A DNA stretch of 64,000 nt, taken from Candidatus Saccharimonadales bacterium (lineage in GTDB: Bacteria; Patescibacteriota; Saccharimonadia; Saccharimonadales; UBA10212). The stretch is from positions 93,874-157,873 of the forward strand of contig JANWHE010000016.1 of NCBI GenBank assembly GCA_025450575.1, read 5' to 3'. This document shows, one piece after another, positions 15,764 through 25,972 of this stretch (positions are counted from its first letter, which is position 1; the number at the start of each line of letters is the position of its first letter). The notes under the pieces were generated by a model, which was given only the letters and a program-made list of their open reading frames with translations, was not told where the DNA came from and made no database searches. Position numbers and translations under genes: made by a program.

Positions 15764-16254
15764 TCTACCGGCGCATAGTTGACGTGGCAGGCGCCGTAGC
15801 CGTTCTTTTGGGAGAATTTCTGGTGGTATTCTTCGGCCGGCCACCATTTGCTGGCCGGCTCCAGCGTGGTAACTATCGGTTTTTTGAAATCGCCGGATTC
15901 ATCCAGCTCTTTTATTAAAGTTTGAGCGGCCCGCTTCTGTTCGTCGTCTTTATAAAAAACGGCTGAGCGGTAATTATCACCGACATCCGGGCCCTGGCGG
16001 TTCAGCTGCGTCGGATCGTGCATATGGAAAAATTGTTTCAGAAGAGTTTGGTAGCTGACTTTTGCGGGGTCGTAGACCACTTTCGTGGCTTCGGCGTGGC
16101 CGGTGCCGTGAGCGCTGACCTGTTCGTAAGTGGGGTTATCCAGGTGGCCGCCGATGTAGCCGACTTCCGTCTCCAGTACGCCCGGGACTTGGTCGAAATA
16201 GTCCTGTACTCCCCAGAAACACCCGGCCGCGAATATGGCTTCTTCTCTGCTCAT
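15760..16254 (-). CDS. msrA: Peptide-methionine (S)-S-oxide reductase
   Basis: GCFWG, GHAE, HDPT..NRQGPDVG..YRS, AEEYHQ. Confidence 0.97.
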   Translation of the reverse strand: MSREEAIFAAGCFWGVQDYFDQVPGVLETEVGYIGGHLDNPTYEQVSAHGTGHAEATKVVYDPAKVSYQTLLKQFFHMHDPTQLNRQGPDVGDNYRSAVFYKDDEQKRAAQTLIKELDESGDFKKPIVTTLEPASKWWPAEEYHQKFSQKNGYGACHVNYAPVD

Positions 16255-16272
16255 ACTCCTATTATATCCCGG

Positions 16273-17073
16273 CTAGCTGGCGAGGTCGCGGCGGCGGAAA
16301 GCCAGCCAGGCGGCCCCCAGGCAGACGGCGGTTAGTCCGGCGAAATAAATCAGATTGGCAAAATTGTACTGTCCGGTCAGCAGCTGCGCCGCATGATAAT
16401 AATTGAACGGGAACGCTTTGGCCGGCCAGCGCAGCCAGCTGACGGAGGGCACCAGCGAAACGATTATGTAGCCACCCAGGCCAAAGGCGGCCGCCGCGGC
16501 TATGCTGGCGGTCCGGCCCACCCGGCCCATAGCCGTCAGCATAAAGGCCACCGCTCCGAAACAAAGAGCTAGGAGCATGCATACGGCCGCTGTCTCGGCG
16601 ACGTATAGCGACGATATATCCAGTTTTACTAACCGGCACATCACCACTACGAAGGCTATCGACACGCCGCCAACGATGACCAGCGCCTCCAGGCCGGCCA
16701 AAGCCTTACCCAGCAGCAGCCGGGCACGGGATATCGGCCGGGCCAGCAGCATTTCTATGGTGTTATCCCTCTCTTCCCTGCCAATCAGCGACATGCCCAG
16801 ATTGATAGCGAAAATAGATAGCAGCAGCGGCAGCAACAGGTAGAATATCTGGCTGCTTAAATAGCCGACCGGCGAAAAGATATTGCTGGTATCGGTGAAT
16901 AGCTGCTTGGCGGTCTGCGGAATTTGATTGAACGATTTATCCAGCTGAGCCGCTTGATCTTTAAGCGTCGGATAAAAAATCAATGTCAAAAAGATAAAGA
17001 AGATAATGCCGGCCGCCCACCAGAAAATCGACCAGCGGCGCTGCCAGAGAGCCCATTTGGCTATCGTCTTCAT
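16273..17073 (-). CDS. ABC-2 type transporter permease
   Basis: Six TM segments, EER.NT.EMLLARPISR, terminal FRRRDL. Confidence 0.88.
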   Translation of the reverse strand: MKTIAKWALWQRRWSIFWWAAGIIFFIFLTLIFYPTLKDQAAQLDKSFNQIPQTAKQLFTDTSNIFSPVGYLSSQIFYLLLPLLLSIFAINLGMSLIGREERDNTIEMLLARPISRARLLLGKALAGLEALVIVGGVSIAFVVVMCRLVKLDISSLYVAETAAVCMLLALCFGAVAFMLTAMGRVGRTASIAAAAAFGLGGYIIVSLVPSVSWLRWPAKAFPFNYYHAAQLLTGQYNFANLIYFAGLTAVCLGAAWLAFRRRDLAS

Positions 17074-17978
17074 CGCTTCCCCTTATAAAAGCTTAGGAAT
17101 TCTTCTTCCAAATCGATCTCGCGGCGGTCTATGGCGTGGACGTTGCGCCTAGCCAAGAGACTGAAAAACGGCTTTAAGTCGCCTTTTAACTTAACGGTGG
17201 CGTGGTGGGCCGAGTTAGAAATGACCTTGGCACCTTTTAGCCGCTTAAGCTCGCCGACCGGCACCGGCTCGGCGAAGGAGATATCGTAGGTCTGGACGGC
17301 GCTTTGGGACAGCTGGCCGATAGTCTGCTGAGCGACCAGCTTGCCGTCGCGGATAAAACCAGCCCGGTCGCAGATTTTCTGGACCTCGGTAAGATTATGG
17401 CTGCTAAAGAAAACCGTACCGCCTTTATCTTTGACATCGCGGACCAGTTGGAAGAAAGCTTCCTGCATCAGCGGATCCAGGCCGCTGGTTGGCTCGTCCA
17501 ATATGAGGATTTCGGGCTCGGCGGCGAAAGCCTGGATAATGGCGATTTTCTGGCGGTTGCCTTTGGATAAGGTGTTGATCTTGCGGCTGAGCGGGACGTC
17601 GAAAGTAGCCGCCAATTTAGATACGTTGTTCTTATGCTTTAGCGGCAGAAGATCGGTCACATATTCCAGCAGCTGGCGGCCGGTCATATTGGGATATAAG
17701 GCTATTTCCCCCGGCAGGTAGCCGATATGGCGTTTGATTTCGGTGGATTCGCTGACGATATTCCTGCCCAGGATGCAAGCGTGGCCCTCGGTGGGCTGGA
17801 TGAAATTCATCAGTAGCCTGATGGTGGTGCTTTTACCGGCGCCGTTGGGCCCCAAAAAGCCGTAAATCTCGCCCGGCATGATAGTGATATTAAGATTATG
17901 CAGGGCCGGCTTATCGGTTTTGCGATACTGCTTGCCCAGGCCGAAGGTCTCTATCGCCGGCATGCTGGCTGTATTCAT
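17070..17978 (-). CDS. ABC transporter ATP-binding protein
   Basis: GPNGAGKST, LSKG, ILDEPTSGLD, SSH. Confidence 0.95.
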   Translation of the reverse strand: MNTASMPAIETFGLGKQYRKTDKPALHNLNITIMPGEIYGFLGPNGAGKSTTIRLLMNFIQPTEGHACILGRNIVSESTEIKRHIGYLPGEIALYPNMTGRQLLEYVTDLLPLKHKNNVSKLAATFDVPLSRKINTLSKGNRQKIAIIQAFAAEPEILILDEPTSGLDPLMQEAFFQLVRDVKDKGGTVFFSSHNLTEVQKICDRAGFIRDGKLVAQQTIGQLSQSAVQTYDISFAEPVPVGELKRLKGAKVISNSAHHATVKLKGDLKPFFSLLARRNVHAIDRREIDLEEEFLSFYKGKR

Positions 17979-17986
17979 TGACCTAA

Positions 17987-18571
17987 TTATAACCTTGGCT
18001 GAGCTTTAGAGACAAAACGATTATCCTTGATGTAAAACCGCCAGGGCTGGTCGGCGGCTTTGGTAATACCGATACGCTGCCCGACTACGATTTCTTCGCC
18101 TGGCGCCACTTTGCCCGGTTCTAATATAATACTTGACTTGTTAAGTATTTTGCCGGAGAGGGAGGTATCGGTTATGCCCAATGCCTGAGCCAATCGGCCG
18201 GGACCACTAGCCAGTTTATATATGTCACGGATACCTCTGTTAGTTTGCATTATTTCTACACCATCTAGCGGTTCGGCGGCCCGGATCAGCACGGCTTCTC
18301 CCCTGCCCGCCGAACCGGTGACAATGTTCAGCGCGTAGTGCATCCCGTAAGTGAAATAAACGTACAACCGGCCGCCGGCCTGGAACATCGGCGCCGTCCG
18401 CGGCGTCAAGCCGCGGAAACTATGGCTAGCCGGGTCGTCCTGATGGTAGGCTTCGGTCTCGACAATCCGGACTTTGATTATTCCTTCTGGCGTTTGGCGT
18501 ACCAAGCAACAGCCCAGTAACCGCGGCGCCGCTTCCAGTGAGCTACGGCTAAGGACTTCCCGCAGATCCAT
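17987..18571 (-). CDS. DNA-3-methyladenine glycosylase (MPG/AAG family)
   Basis: IVETEAY, YVYFTYGMH, AVLIRA.EP, GPG.L. Confidence 0.95.
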   Translation of the reverse strand: MDLREVLSRSSLEAAPRLLGCCLVRQTPEGIIKVRIVETEAYHQDDPASHSFRGLTPRTAPMFQAGGRLYVYFTYGMHYALNIVTGSAGRGEAVLIRAAEPLDGVEIMQTNRGIRDIYKLASGPGRLAQALGITDTSLSGKILNKSSIILEPGKVAPGEEIVVGQRIGITKAADQPWRFYIKDNRFVSKAQPRL

Positions 18572-18983
18572 AGTTGTCGTCCACGTCTAAAGCCAGCTGA
18601 TTAGGGTCGCTAAGCTCCATGCCGCGGACGATATGATTGAAGACGGCGTCTACCCCGAAACTGGCGAGCGTGGCGTTAAAATAGGGGTCGCCGGGACGGT
18701 AATCCGGAGTTTTGCCGGGTACTTGGTCTATCAGGTACTCCATCAGGCGGTGCTGGGCGAACGGCGACAGCAGGCTTTTTATGTCAGTAAGGCTGGCCTG
18801 CAAAGCCAGTTCGACGGCAGCTGCCGAATTTACCGGCTGTTTTGATGAGGCCAGGCGCGAAGCCATCTGATGCCCTAGGGCCCGGAAAACATCCGGAGTC
18901 CGGTCTTTTACGCGGCCGCCCTTGGCAAACTCTTCGAAATCCCAGGCTAGCTGCTGGTGCTTATCCGGCTGGGATTCGGGCAT
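18549..18983 (-). CDS. Hypothetical protein
   Basis: 144 aa ORF tightly packed between lysS and the glycosylase. Confidence 0.6.
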   Translation of the reverse strand: MPESQPDKHQQLAWDFEEFAKGGRVKDRTPDVFRALGHQMASRLASSKQPVNSAAAVELALQASLTDIKSLLSPFAQHRLMEYLIDQVPGKTPDYRPGDPYFNATLASFGVDAVFNHIVRGMELSDPNQLALDVDDNYGSAGSP

Positions 18984-18986
18984 ATT

Positions 18987-20519
18987 CTAAGCCTCCAGCA
19001 TCAACCGTTTAAGCAGCCAGTCGCGCGGCAGGATTGATAAGAACCAGCCGGCGCGCGGACCGGATTCCTGATTGATCAACACTTTATAAAGCGCGCTGAA
19101 AAGCTGTTTGGGCGCCAGGCCGGCGCTGTCTTTGAACTCGTAGATGGCCTTATGGAACCATTCGCCGTCGGCGTCCGGCGGCGCGGCTTCGACCTTTTCG
19201 GCCAGCGCCAGCAGATATTCCCGCTCCGGCTCGGATATGAGTTTCGGCGGCTTTTGGGCCAGCTCGAACTTGATATCATCCGGCGCCCAGTTCTTAAGCC
19301 ACTGGTCGATGAATTTCAGTTCTTTTTTGATGGTTTCTTCTTGGGCGTCTACGGTCTCCTTGTGTTCGGTGCGCCGGATGATTTCCAAGGTGTTGGCCGG
19401 GTCCTTTAAGGCCGCTTGATAACTGGCTACCAGGTGCGAGAACGGGATATTGCTGATGGTGCTTTGCTCGATATTGCCCATCGATATCTGAATAAGCTGC
19501 TCGTCGTCGGCTGTTTTATCGGGTTTGGCCAGCAGGGCCGCGAAATCGTCGAACAGTTTGATAAGCCCGTCGTTCTCATCGAAAAACAACGTTTTGTCCG
19601 GCGAGTGACGCAGCACGAAGTAGCGTAGGACTTCTGGCGGCAGGATCTGCAGCATGTCGCTGATAGCCAAGGTGTCGCCGGAGCTTTTGCTCATCTTTTT
19701 GGTCTGGCCGGTGCGGTTTATGAAATTATAAGGTACCGGCAGCGGCGGCTTGTCTTTGAAGACGCTTTTCATTAAGGCCACTCCGGTGTCGTAGCTGCCG
19801 CCTTTGGTGGCGTGGTCGCGGCCGAAAGGTTCGACGTCCACCCCCAGCAGCCACCAGCGGGCCGGCCAATCCAGCCGCCAGTACAGTTTGACCTCGCCGC
19901 CGGCGTAGCTGACCTCTTTTTGGCGGCCGTTCTTATCTTCGTAACTTACCACTTTGCGGGCGGTATCGACATCTAGGAATCGGCGGCTTTTAAGATAGGA
20001 GTCTTCTTTGATCTGAATAGGCGACCAGTTTTCGTCCAATGAGCGGCCGGCAACCGAGGTCAAGACGTCCCGGGCTTTATCAATCTTGCTTAAAACAACT
20101 TCGATAGCCGGAACGAAAAAACCGGCGCGGTATTTTTTGTGAGAGCGCATGATCTCCATATCCAGACCCAGCTTTTTGACGCTGCGGGCAAAATCTTTGA
20201 AGTAATAATCGGCCCAGCTGGAACCGGCTTTGCCATCGGGCGCCGGCACGTCGCACAGCGACATGCCCATATATTTTTCGAAGCTGTCATCAACGCCGGC
20301 CGGGATCTTGCGCAGCGGGTCCAGGTCGTCCACGACATGGATATGCCGGGCGTCCCGTCCCCGGCGGCGCAGAGCCAGCAGAATGGCGTCGGCAGTCAGT
20401 ACTTCGCGCAAGGTGCCTACGTGATAAACGCCGGACGGCGAGACTCCCGAAGATACCAGGATCTCCCCTTCCGGATGGGCGGCAATCACCTCATCGACTA
20501 CCTTATCGAGCCACTGCAT
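18987..20519 (-). CDS. lysS: Lysine--tRNA ligase, class I
   Basis: SPSG.YHVG, WRLDWPARW, EPFGRDH, KMSKS. Confidence 0.95.
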   Translation of the reverse strand: MQWLDKVVDEVIAAHPEGEILVSSGVSPSGVYHVGTLREVLTADAILLALRRRGRDARHIHVVDDLDPLRKIPAGVDDSFEKYMGMSLCDVPAPDGKAGSSWADYYFKDFARSVKKLGLDMEIMRSHKKYRAGFFVPAIEVVLSKIDKARDVLTSVAGRSLDENWSPIQIKEDSYLKSRRFLDVDTARKVVSYEDKNGRQKEVSYAGGEVKLYWRLDWPARWWLLGVDVEPFGRDHATKGGSYDTGVALMKSVFKDKPPLPVPYNFINRTGQTKKMSKSSGDTLAISDMLQILPPEVLRYFVLRHSPDKTLFFDENDGLIKLFDDFAALLAKPDKTADDEQLIQISMGNIEQSTISNIPFSHLVASYQAALKDPANTLEIIRRTEHKETVDAQEETIKKELKFIDQWLKNWAPDDIKFELAQKPPKLISEPEREYLLALAEKVEAAPPDADGEWFHKAIYEFKDSAGLAPKQLFSALYKVLINQESGPRAGWFLSILPRDWLLKRLMLEA

Positions 20520-20554
20520 AAACTAAATTATATAGTGAATCGCCCTTAAGCGGG

Positions 20555-21016
20555 TTAAGAAATCTCTATGACTTTGTACAAGTGGGCGCCGGCCGGAGTC
20601 TTGATCTCTACCTTGTCGCCGACTTTCTTGCCTAAAAGCGCTTTGCCGATCGGCGATTCGTCGCTGATCTTGCCGGCCGCCGGGTCGGCCTCTATGGTCC
20701 CGACCACCTGATAACCGATCGGTTTGCCGCCGTCTTTAAGCTTGACGGTCGAGCCCAGGCGCACCTGGCCGTCGTTTTTGGGTTTTTTGATAATCTGGGA
20801 GTTCTGTATGACATGTTCCAGTTCGGAAATGCGGGTTTCTAAGCGGTCCTGCTCTTCGCGGGCCGTCTGGTATTCGGCGTTTTCGCTTAAATCGCCCAGT
20901 TCGCGGGCATGCTTAATACGGTCCGCGACGTGCGGCCGCTGGGCAACCAAACCGGCAAGTTCGTCCTTAAGCGCTAGGACGCCTTCCTGGGTCAGGCGAT
21001 ATGTCTTTTTTATCAT
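20555..21016 (-). CDS. greA: Transcription elongation factor GreA
   Basis: ARELGDLSENAEY, ISDESPIGKALLG; start probably MIKKTY. Confidence 0.96.
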   Translation of the reverse strand: MIKKTYRLTQEGVLALKDELAGLVAQRPHVADRIKHARELGDLSENAEYQTAREEQDRLETRISELEHVIQNSQIIKKPKNDGQVRLGSTVKLKDGGKPIGYQVVGTIEADPAAGKISDESPIGKALLGKKVGDKVEIKTPAGAHLYKVIEIS

Positions 21017-21074
21017 GAAAAAACCTTTCTTTATCTCAGTTTGTGCCCTCAAATCTGTGATTCCAATTATTATA

Positions 21075-22337
21075 TCAGGCTTGTAAAGGATTTTTTAACC
21101 GATTTGCCAACTGGTCCTTTTGGACTATCTCGACCTCTGTCGAGGCTCGTTTTTTTAGCTCTAACCCGCCGGCCGCCAAGCTTTTGTCGCTGACAACCAG
21201 CCGGTACGGGATGCCAAACAGGTCGGCGTCGGCGAACTTCTCGCCGGGGCGCTCGTCGCGGTCATCATACAACACTTTGATATGGTTTTCTGTTAGATAA
21301 TCGTAAGCGGCATCGGCGGCTTGCCGGGCGGCCTCTGAATCGCCCAGGCCGGCCAAGTACACCATGTACGGTGCAATGTTTTCGGGCCACACCAGCCCCT
21401 TATCGTCGGCAAAGTGCTCGGTCACGACGCCCATCAGGCGGGTGACGCCGATGCCGTAACTGCCCAGGACCGCTGGCTTTTGGCTGCCATCTTCATCTGT
21501 AAAATATAACCCCAGTTGCTCGGACTTATGGGTACCGAAGCTAAATATGTTGCCGACTTCGGCGGCCTGGACTTTATCTAGCTTGTCGCGGTTGACGCCG
21601 GCCTGGGCGACGACCTCGTCACTCATGACTTCCTCGTTGATAGCGATGCCTTTCTCGCGGTCCAGATATATGGTGTCTTCGCCGTTGCCAGTGACGGTCT
21701 GGAATTCGTGGCTGAACTGAGTGAAAGCGCCGCCGGAGGCGTAAGTTAAGTAAGTATCGCCGCCCAAGCCGATTTCTTTGAATATCCGAAGGTAAGCCTG
21801 GGTCATCGAGTCGTAGAACTTCTGGTGTTCCTCGTCGCTGCGGGTGAAGGAATAGAGGTCCTTCATGATGAATTCGCGGCTGCGCATAACGCCGCTTTTG
21901 GCCCGGACTTCGTTGCGCAACTTGGTCTGGAACTGATAGACATAGGCTGGCAGGTCGCGGTAGGACGCGATGAACTCGCGCATCATGTCGCTGATCGGCT
22001 CCTCGTGGCTCCAGGCCAGGCCGACTTCGCTGCCGTTGGCTAAATGCGACTTGAACCAGATGTCCACCTTGGCGTCGTCCCAGCGGTCGGTGTGCTCCCA
22101 TAATTCTTTGCGCTGCAAAGACGTCATCAGCAGTTCGTTGCCGCCCTGTTTATTCATTTCGTGGCGGACTATCCGCTTGATGTTCTCGATGACCGCTAGA
22201 CCCATCGGCAATAGAGCGTAAACGCCGGCGGAGTCCTTATAGATAAAGCCGGCCCTTATCAGCAGCTGAGCATTTTTGCTTTCTTCGTCGGCCGGCGCCT
22301 CTTTGCGGGTTTTTATAAACAGTTGTGAGCGTCTCAT
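21075..22337 (-). CDS. proS: Proline--tRNA ligase (short form without editing domain)
   Basis: LLIRAGFI, YRDLP..YQ.Q.K.R.E.R, REFIMKD.YSF, GSYGIG. Confidence 0.96.
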   Translation of the reverse strand: MRRSQLFIKTRKEAPADEESKNAQLLIRAGFIYKDSAGVYALLPMGLAVIENIKRIVRHEMNKQGGNELLMTSLQRKELWEHTDRWDDAKVDIWFKSHLANGSEVGLAWSHEEPISDMMREFIASYRDLPAYVYQFQTKLRNEVRAKSGVMRSREFIMKDLYSFTRSDEEHQKFYDSMTQAYLRIFKEIGLGGDTYLTYASGGAFTQFSHEFQTVTGNGEDTIYLDREKGIAINEEVMSDEVVAQAGVNRDKLDKVQAAEVGNIFSFGTHKSEQLGLYFTDEDGSQKPAVLGSYGIGVTRLMGVVTEHFADDKGLVWPENIAPYMVYLAGLGDSEAARQAADAAYDYLTENHIKVLYDDRDERPGEKFADADLFGIPYRLVVSDKSLAAGGLELKKRASTEVEIVQKDQLANRLKNPLQA

Positions 22338-22427
22338 AATTGCTGGCTTAATTCTATCAGATTGCTAAATCATTCCGAAAATTGTACAAATTTTTTATTC
22401 GCCACTATCGGTTCAGTGGAGCGAGCA

Positions 22428-23180
22428 TTATTTGAAATGGACGCCGAAGGCAATCAGATTGTTGAGCATATGGACCAGCATACCGGCGTACAGCGCCCCT
22501 GTCCGGTCACGGAGGAAACACAGGACGATGGATAGCATGAAAGTATCGATGGCGGCCGCCCAGACCAGCGGGCCGCCGCTGCCGAATTCCAGATGGGCAG
22601 CGCCGAAAATCAGGCTAGTAACCAGTACCGCCGGCCAGAAGCGCCAGGCTTTGCGCAGGCCGGAGAACAGATAGCCGCGCACTAGCGTCTCTTCGCCCAG
22701 CGGCGGCAGCAGCACCAAAGAGATGAAGGCCAGCAGGTTCTCGGTGCCGTTATTGATATTGTTGAAGCCGAGGTTCTGCTGCTGGTTGTTGATATCCGGC
22801 GAAATAAGATTGATGATGACCCCGGCGACAATCAGTAGCGCGTAGAAAGCCGCGAAACCGATGGCGCCTTTCCATAAATCGTTCATTTTTGGGCGCCGCC
22901 CCAGGCCGATAACGGATAGTTTGAGCCCTTGGCGGCGAACCAGCATGACAGCCAGCCACGCGGCCAGGCCTTCGGCGATCAGTATATAAAAGAATTGTCC
23001 GGTGATGGAATTGTTAAGGTCGGGGCTGGCGCCCGGCCGGACCAATCCGTAAATTATATCGACTACGAAGAATCCGGCGGCCTGGCTGATGATGAATATC
23101 AGGACTGTTCGGAAAATTACGGTCAGCGGCCGGCCTAAGGTCCCCTTAGACTGCTGCGGACCGGCGGCTGCTTCTTCCAT
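22428..23180 (-). CDS. CPBP (CAAX/Abi) intramembrane protease
   Basis: EE...RG, FG.AH, H..NN motifs. Confidence 0.9.
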   Translation of the reverse strand: MEEAAAGPQQSKGTLGRPLTVIFRTVLIFIISQAAGFFVVDIIYGLVRPGASPDLNNSITGQFFYILIAEGLAAWLAVMLVRRQGLKLSVIGLGRRPKMNDLWKGAIGFAAFYALLIVAGVIINLISPDINNQQQNLGFNNINNGTENLLAFISLVLLPPLGEETLVRGYLFSGLRKAWRFWPAVLVTSLIFGAAHLEFGSGGPLVWAAAIDTFMLSIVLCFLRDRTGALYAGMLVHMLNNLIAFGVHFK

Positions 23181-23183
23181 TGC

Positions 23184-24371
23184 TTAGAAGAACCGCTTAA
23201 CGTCAACGATAGTGATCAGGACGACCAGCGCCATTATCAGCGCGAAGCTGGCGCCGACGATACGTTCTTCGGACGCCCGGCTTAAGGGGCGGCGCAAGAC
23301 GCCGCGGCTGATTATCATCATGGATAGCCGGCCGCCGTCCAGCGCCGGTATCGGCAAGACGTTCATGATGGCCAGCGTCAAAGATATCAGCGCGATAAGC
23401 AGCAGCATGAAATTGATGCCCAGGCTGCCGGAATTCCATAGCGCTACGCCGATGGCGACCGGGCCGCCGACCTGGGCGCTGGCATTATTCTGGCCGTTCT
23501 CCCTGGCCTGATGGTTATTAGTGACCAAGCCGGCGATAGCCGAGCCTAATCCGCCCAGGGCGTGGCCCAGCCCCTGGAAAGTCAGCACGGTTATCTGTTT
23601 AGCGAGCCCTAGGGCGACGATCGGCGCGCTCCAGGTACTGCGTTGGATAGTGACGTTAGTCGGGATGACGCCCAGATTGCCTTGGGGGTTATCGGTTTTA
23701 AGGCTGGCGTCGACCTGGGCTTTGCTGAGCAGCCGGGTGCTGCCAGTCAGCGTCTGGCCGCCACGCTTATAAAAGATAGTCACCTTTTGGCCGGCGAAAG
23801 CCGAAGTGGCGTCGTGGAGCTGGGGTACCGTAGTAATAGTTCTGGCCTGGGAGCCGTCGCTGATGCTGTAAATCTGATCCGAGCTGCGCAGGCCGATTTT
23901 CTGAGCCGGCGAACCGGCCAACACGGAACCGGCCAGGACGGCTTGGCGGATGACGCGCGTATCGCTGGCCACCGTGAACTGGTCTTGGCCGACATTGTCC
24001 TTGGTAATAAGTTTGGGCATGCCGATGAGAGCTAGGACTGTTAGCAAGACCAGCCCGGCGATCAGATTCATGGTGACGCCGGCCAGCATGATCTTGGTCT
24101 TGGTGCCCAGACTGGCCGCACCCAGGCTGCCCTTGCGCTCATCGCTGTCGTGCTCGCCTTTTAATTTCACGAAGCCTCCCAAAGGCAGGATATTGAGGCT
24201 GAGAATCATGCCGGATCTGAGTTTACGGCTCCAGGCCCGAGGCGGAAAACCAAGACCGAACTCTTCGACGTCCACGCCGCTATGGCGGGCCATGATGAAA
24301 TGCCCCCACTCATGGACTAGTATCAAGCCGATGAACAGCAGAAGGCCAAGCCCGAAAACTAAGAACTGCAT
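23184..24371 (-). CDS. rseP: Site-2 metalloprotease (M50) with PDZ domain
   Basis: HEWGH, LPLGGFV, N.LPIPALDGG. Confidence 0.93.
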   Translation of the reverse strand: MQFLVFGLGLLLFIGLILVHEWGHFIMARHSGVDVEEFGLGFPPRAWSRKLRSGMILSLNILPLGGFVKLKGEHDSDERKGSLGAASLGTKTKIMLAGVTMNLIAGLVLLTVLALIGMPKLITKDNVGQDQFTVASDTRVIRQAVLAGSVLAGSPAQKIGLRSSDQIYSISDGSQARTITTVPQLHDATSAFAGQKVTIFYKRGGQTLTGSTRLLSKAQVDASLKTDNPQGNLGVIPTNVTIQRSTWSAPIVALGLAKQITVLTFQGLGHALGGLGSAIAGLVTNNHQARENGQNNASAQVGGPVAIGVALWNSGSLGINFMLLLIALISLTLAIMNVLPIPALDGGRLSMMIISRGVLRRPLSRASEERIVGASFALIMALVVLITIVDVKRFF

Positions 24372-24400
24372 ACGTTTATTCTAACAGTTTGAAGCTGAGA

Positions 24401-24967
24401 CTAAACTGTTAAAATTTCCTGTTCCTTGGTTTTGGCTAAAACTTCGGCGTCGGTTTTCTGTTTGGCTAGTAAATCATCAATCTGTTTTTCCAGGCCGAAG
24501 CGTTCGTCTTTGCCAATATCTTTGTCCTTTTCGGCCTGGTCGGCGGCCCGCATGGCCTCGTGTCGGGCATTGCGGCCGGCAATCATGCAGTCTTCTAATT
24601 TCTGGTGTAGGACCTTGACCATGGCCTGCCGGGTCTCTTCGGTCAGCGGCGGGATCTGGATGCGCACCACCCGGCCGTCATCAGCCGGATTGAGGCCCAG
24701 GGATTCATCCTTGGAGATAGCATCAGATATGGCCTGCAGATTGGACGGATCGAAAGGCGTGACCTGCAACAACTGGGGTTCCGGCGTGACGATGCTGGCC
24801 ACGGCTTTGAGCGGCATACTTTGGCCGTAGGCTTCGACGGTCACGTTATCCAGCATGCCCGGGTGGGCCCGGCCGGTGCGGATCTTGCCGATTTCCTGGC
24901 GGAAATGTTCGGTGGCGGCATCAAGTTTACCTTTGGTCTGCTGGATCAATTGGTCTTTGTTCATCAA
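24401..24967 (-). CDS. frr: Ribosome recycling factor
   Basis: IRTGRAHP, LNP.DDG, PPLTEE.R. Confidence 0.97.
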   Translation of the reverse strand: MMNKDQLIQQTKGKLDAATEHFRQEIGKIRTGRAHPGMLDNVTVEAYGQSMPLKAVASIVTPEPQLLQVTPFDPSNLQAISDAISKDESLGLNPADDGRVVRIQIPPLTEETRQAMVKVLHQKLEDCMIAGRNARHEAMRAADQAEKDKDIGKDERFGLEKQIDDLLAKQKTDAEVLAKTKEQEILTV

Positions 24968-25110
24968 CCATAATTATATAACATTTAGCAGTTGTTGAAA
25001 AATAAGCGGTTCGGTTGTATAATCTTATGTCTGGCAAGCGGGCCACAACGCTTGGTATCTACTAAGATAAAGCGGGCCCGGGCCCGCACATCGACTCCCA
25101 GGAGGGGTGA

Positions 25111-25551
25111 ATGGCACTGCATCTTGAAGTCACATCGACGGCACTGCTCGTCATGAGCCTGTTCTTATACGGCCTGGCGGTGCGGATGGGCAACCGCCAT
25201 GACGCGCGTCGAGCGAAGCGGACAGCCCTGCTCTTCGGGGCTCTCAGCTTGGCGCTGGCGTTCCCCGTCGGTGCCTTGGGCTGGCAGGACCTCTGCCTGG
25301 TCACAGGCCTGGTCCTGTGCGCGGCGGCGGTCCGGGTCCGCGAGGACGTGGAACTGATGATCGTGTACGTCGGGCTGGGAGCGGTAGCTTTCGGCCTATG
25401 GGTGCTTCTCTACCCGATGACCTCGGCGGAGTACGGCTTCGGGTTCGGGTTCGCCGTTCTGGACGCGGCCCTCCTGGCCGTGATCCTGCGGATGGACCGA
25501 CCGAAGAAGGACCCCGCCCCCGAAGCCGGAGCGTCAACGCTGGCGTTCTGA
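25111..25551 (+). CDS. Hypothetical multi-TM membrane protein, GC-rich
   Basis: TTGAAA-N17-TATAAT promoter, AGGAGG SD, about five hydrophobic segments. Confidence 0.65.
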   Translation: MALHLEVTSTALLVMSLFLYGLAVRMGNRHDARRAKRTALLFGALSLALAFPVGALGWQDLCLVTGLVLCAAAVRVREDVELMIVYVGLGAVAFGLWVLLYPMTSAEYGFGFGFAVLDAALLAVILRMDRPKKDPAPEAGASTLAF

Positions 25552-25565
25552 AGAAGGGAGAGTCC

Positions 25566-25703
25566 GTGTTTTTCGCGGCCAACCTGACGGAGTCAAAGCT
25601 GCTTGGGCTCTGCGCCCGACTGAAGTCAGCCTGGTGGACAATCAGCGACAACCTCGCTGAAGTCCGCGGTTTCATCGGCTGGCTCGGGGGCGGCGCGGAG
25701 TAA
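25566..25703 (+). CDS. Small hypothetical protein (45 aa)
   Basis: GTG start after AAGGGAG; in frame with the track ORF ending at 25703. Confidence 0.4.
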   Translation: MFFAANLTESKLLGLCARLKSAWWTISDNLAEVRGFIGWLGGGAE

Positions 25704-25730
25704 GCGGCCCAACAAGCGCAAGGAGCAAGC

Positions 25731-25865
25731 ATGAGTCTGACCGAAAAGCTCGGCCTAACGCTGGGCGTATACGCCGCCGTCATGGCGGCGGTCGCCTGGA
25801 AGTTCCGGCTACCCGTGGCCTTCAACCGGGCCCGTAGCAACACCGGCGACCCGTACTACGACTAG
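25731..25865 (+). CDS. Small membrane peptide (44 aa, MSLTEKLGLTLGVYAAVMAAVAWKFR...)
   Basis: AAGGAG SD, ATG..TAG, one hydrophobic helix. Confidence 0.5.
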   Translation: MSLTEKLGLTLGVYAAVMAAVAWKFRLPVAFNRARSNTGDPYYD

Positions 25866-25972
25866 TTCCAGACAGAGGACGCGGGGTGAGCGCGGCAAGT
25901 CAGCGCTCCCCCGCCCCAGCGGCACGAGCCGCTGCTCGAGATTTTTATCTCGCGGCAGTTCCTGCCGCTTTT

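Noticed and set aside
18987..20519. Class I LysRS as a novelty
   Set aside because: Known in several bacterial lineages, including CPR.
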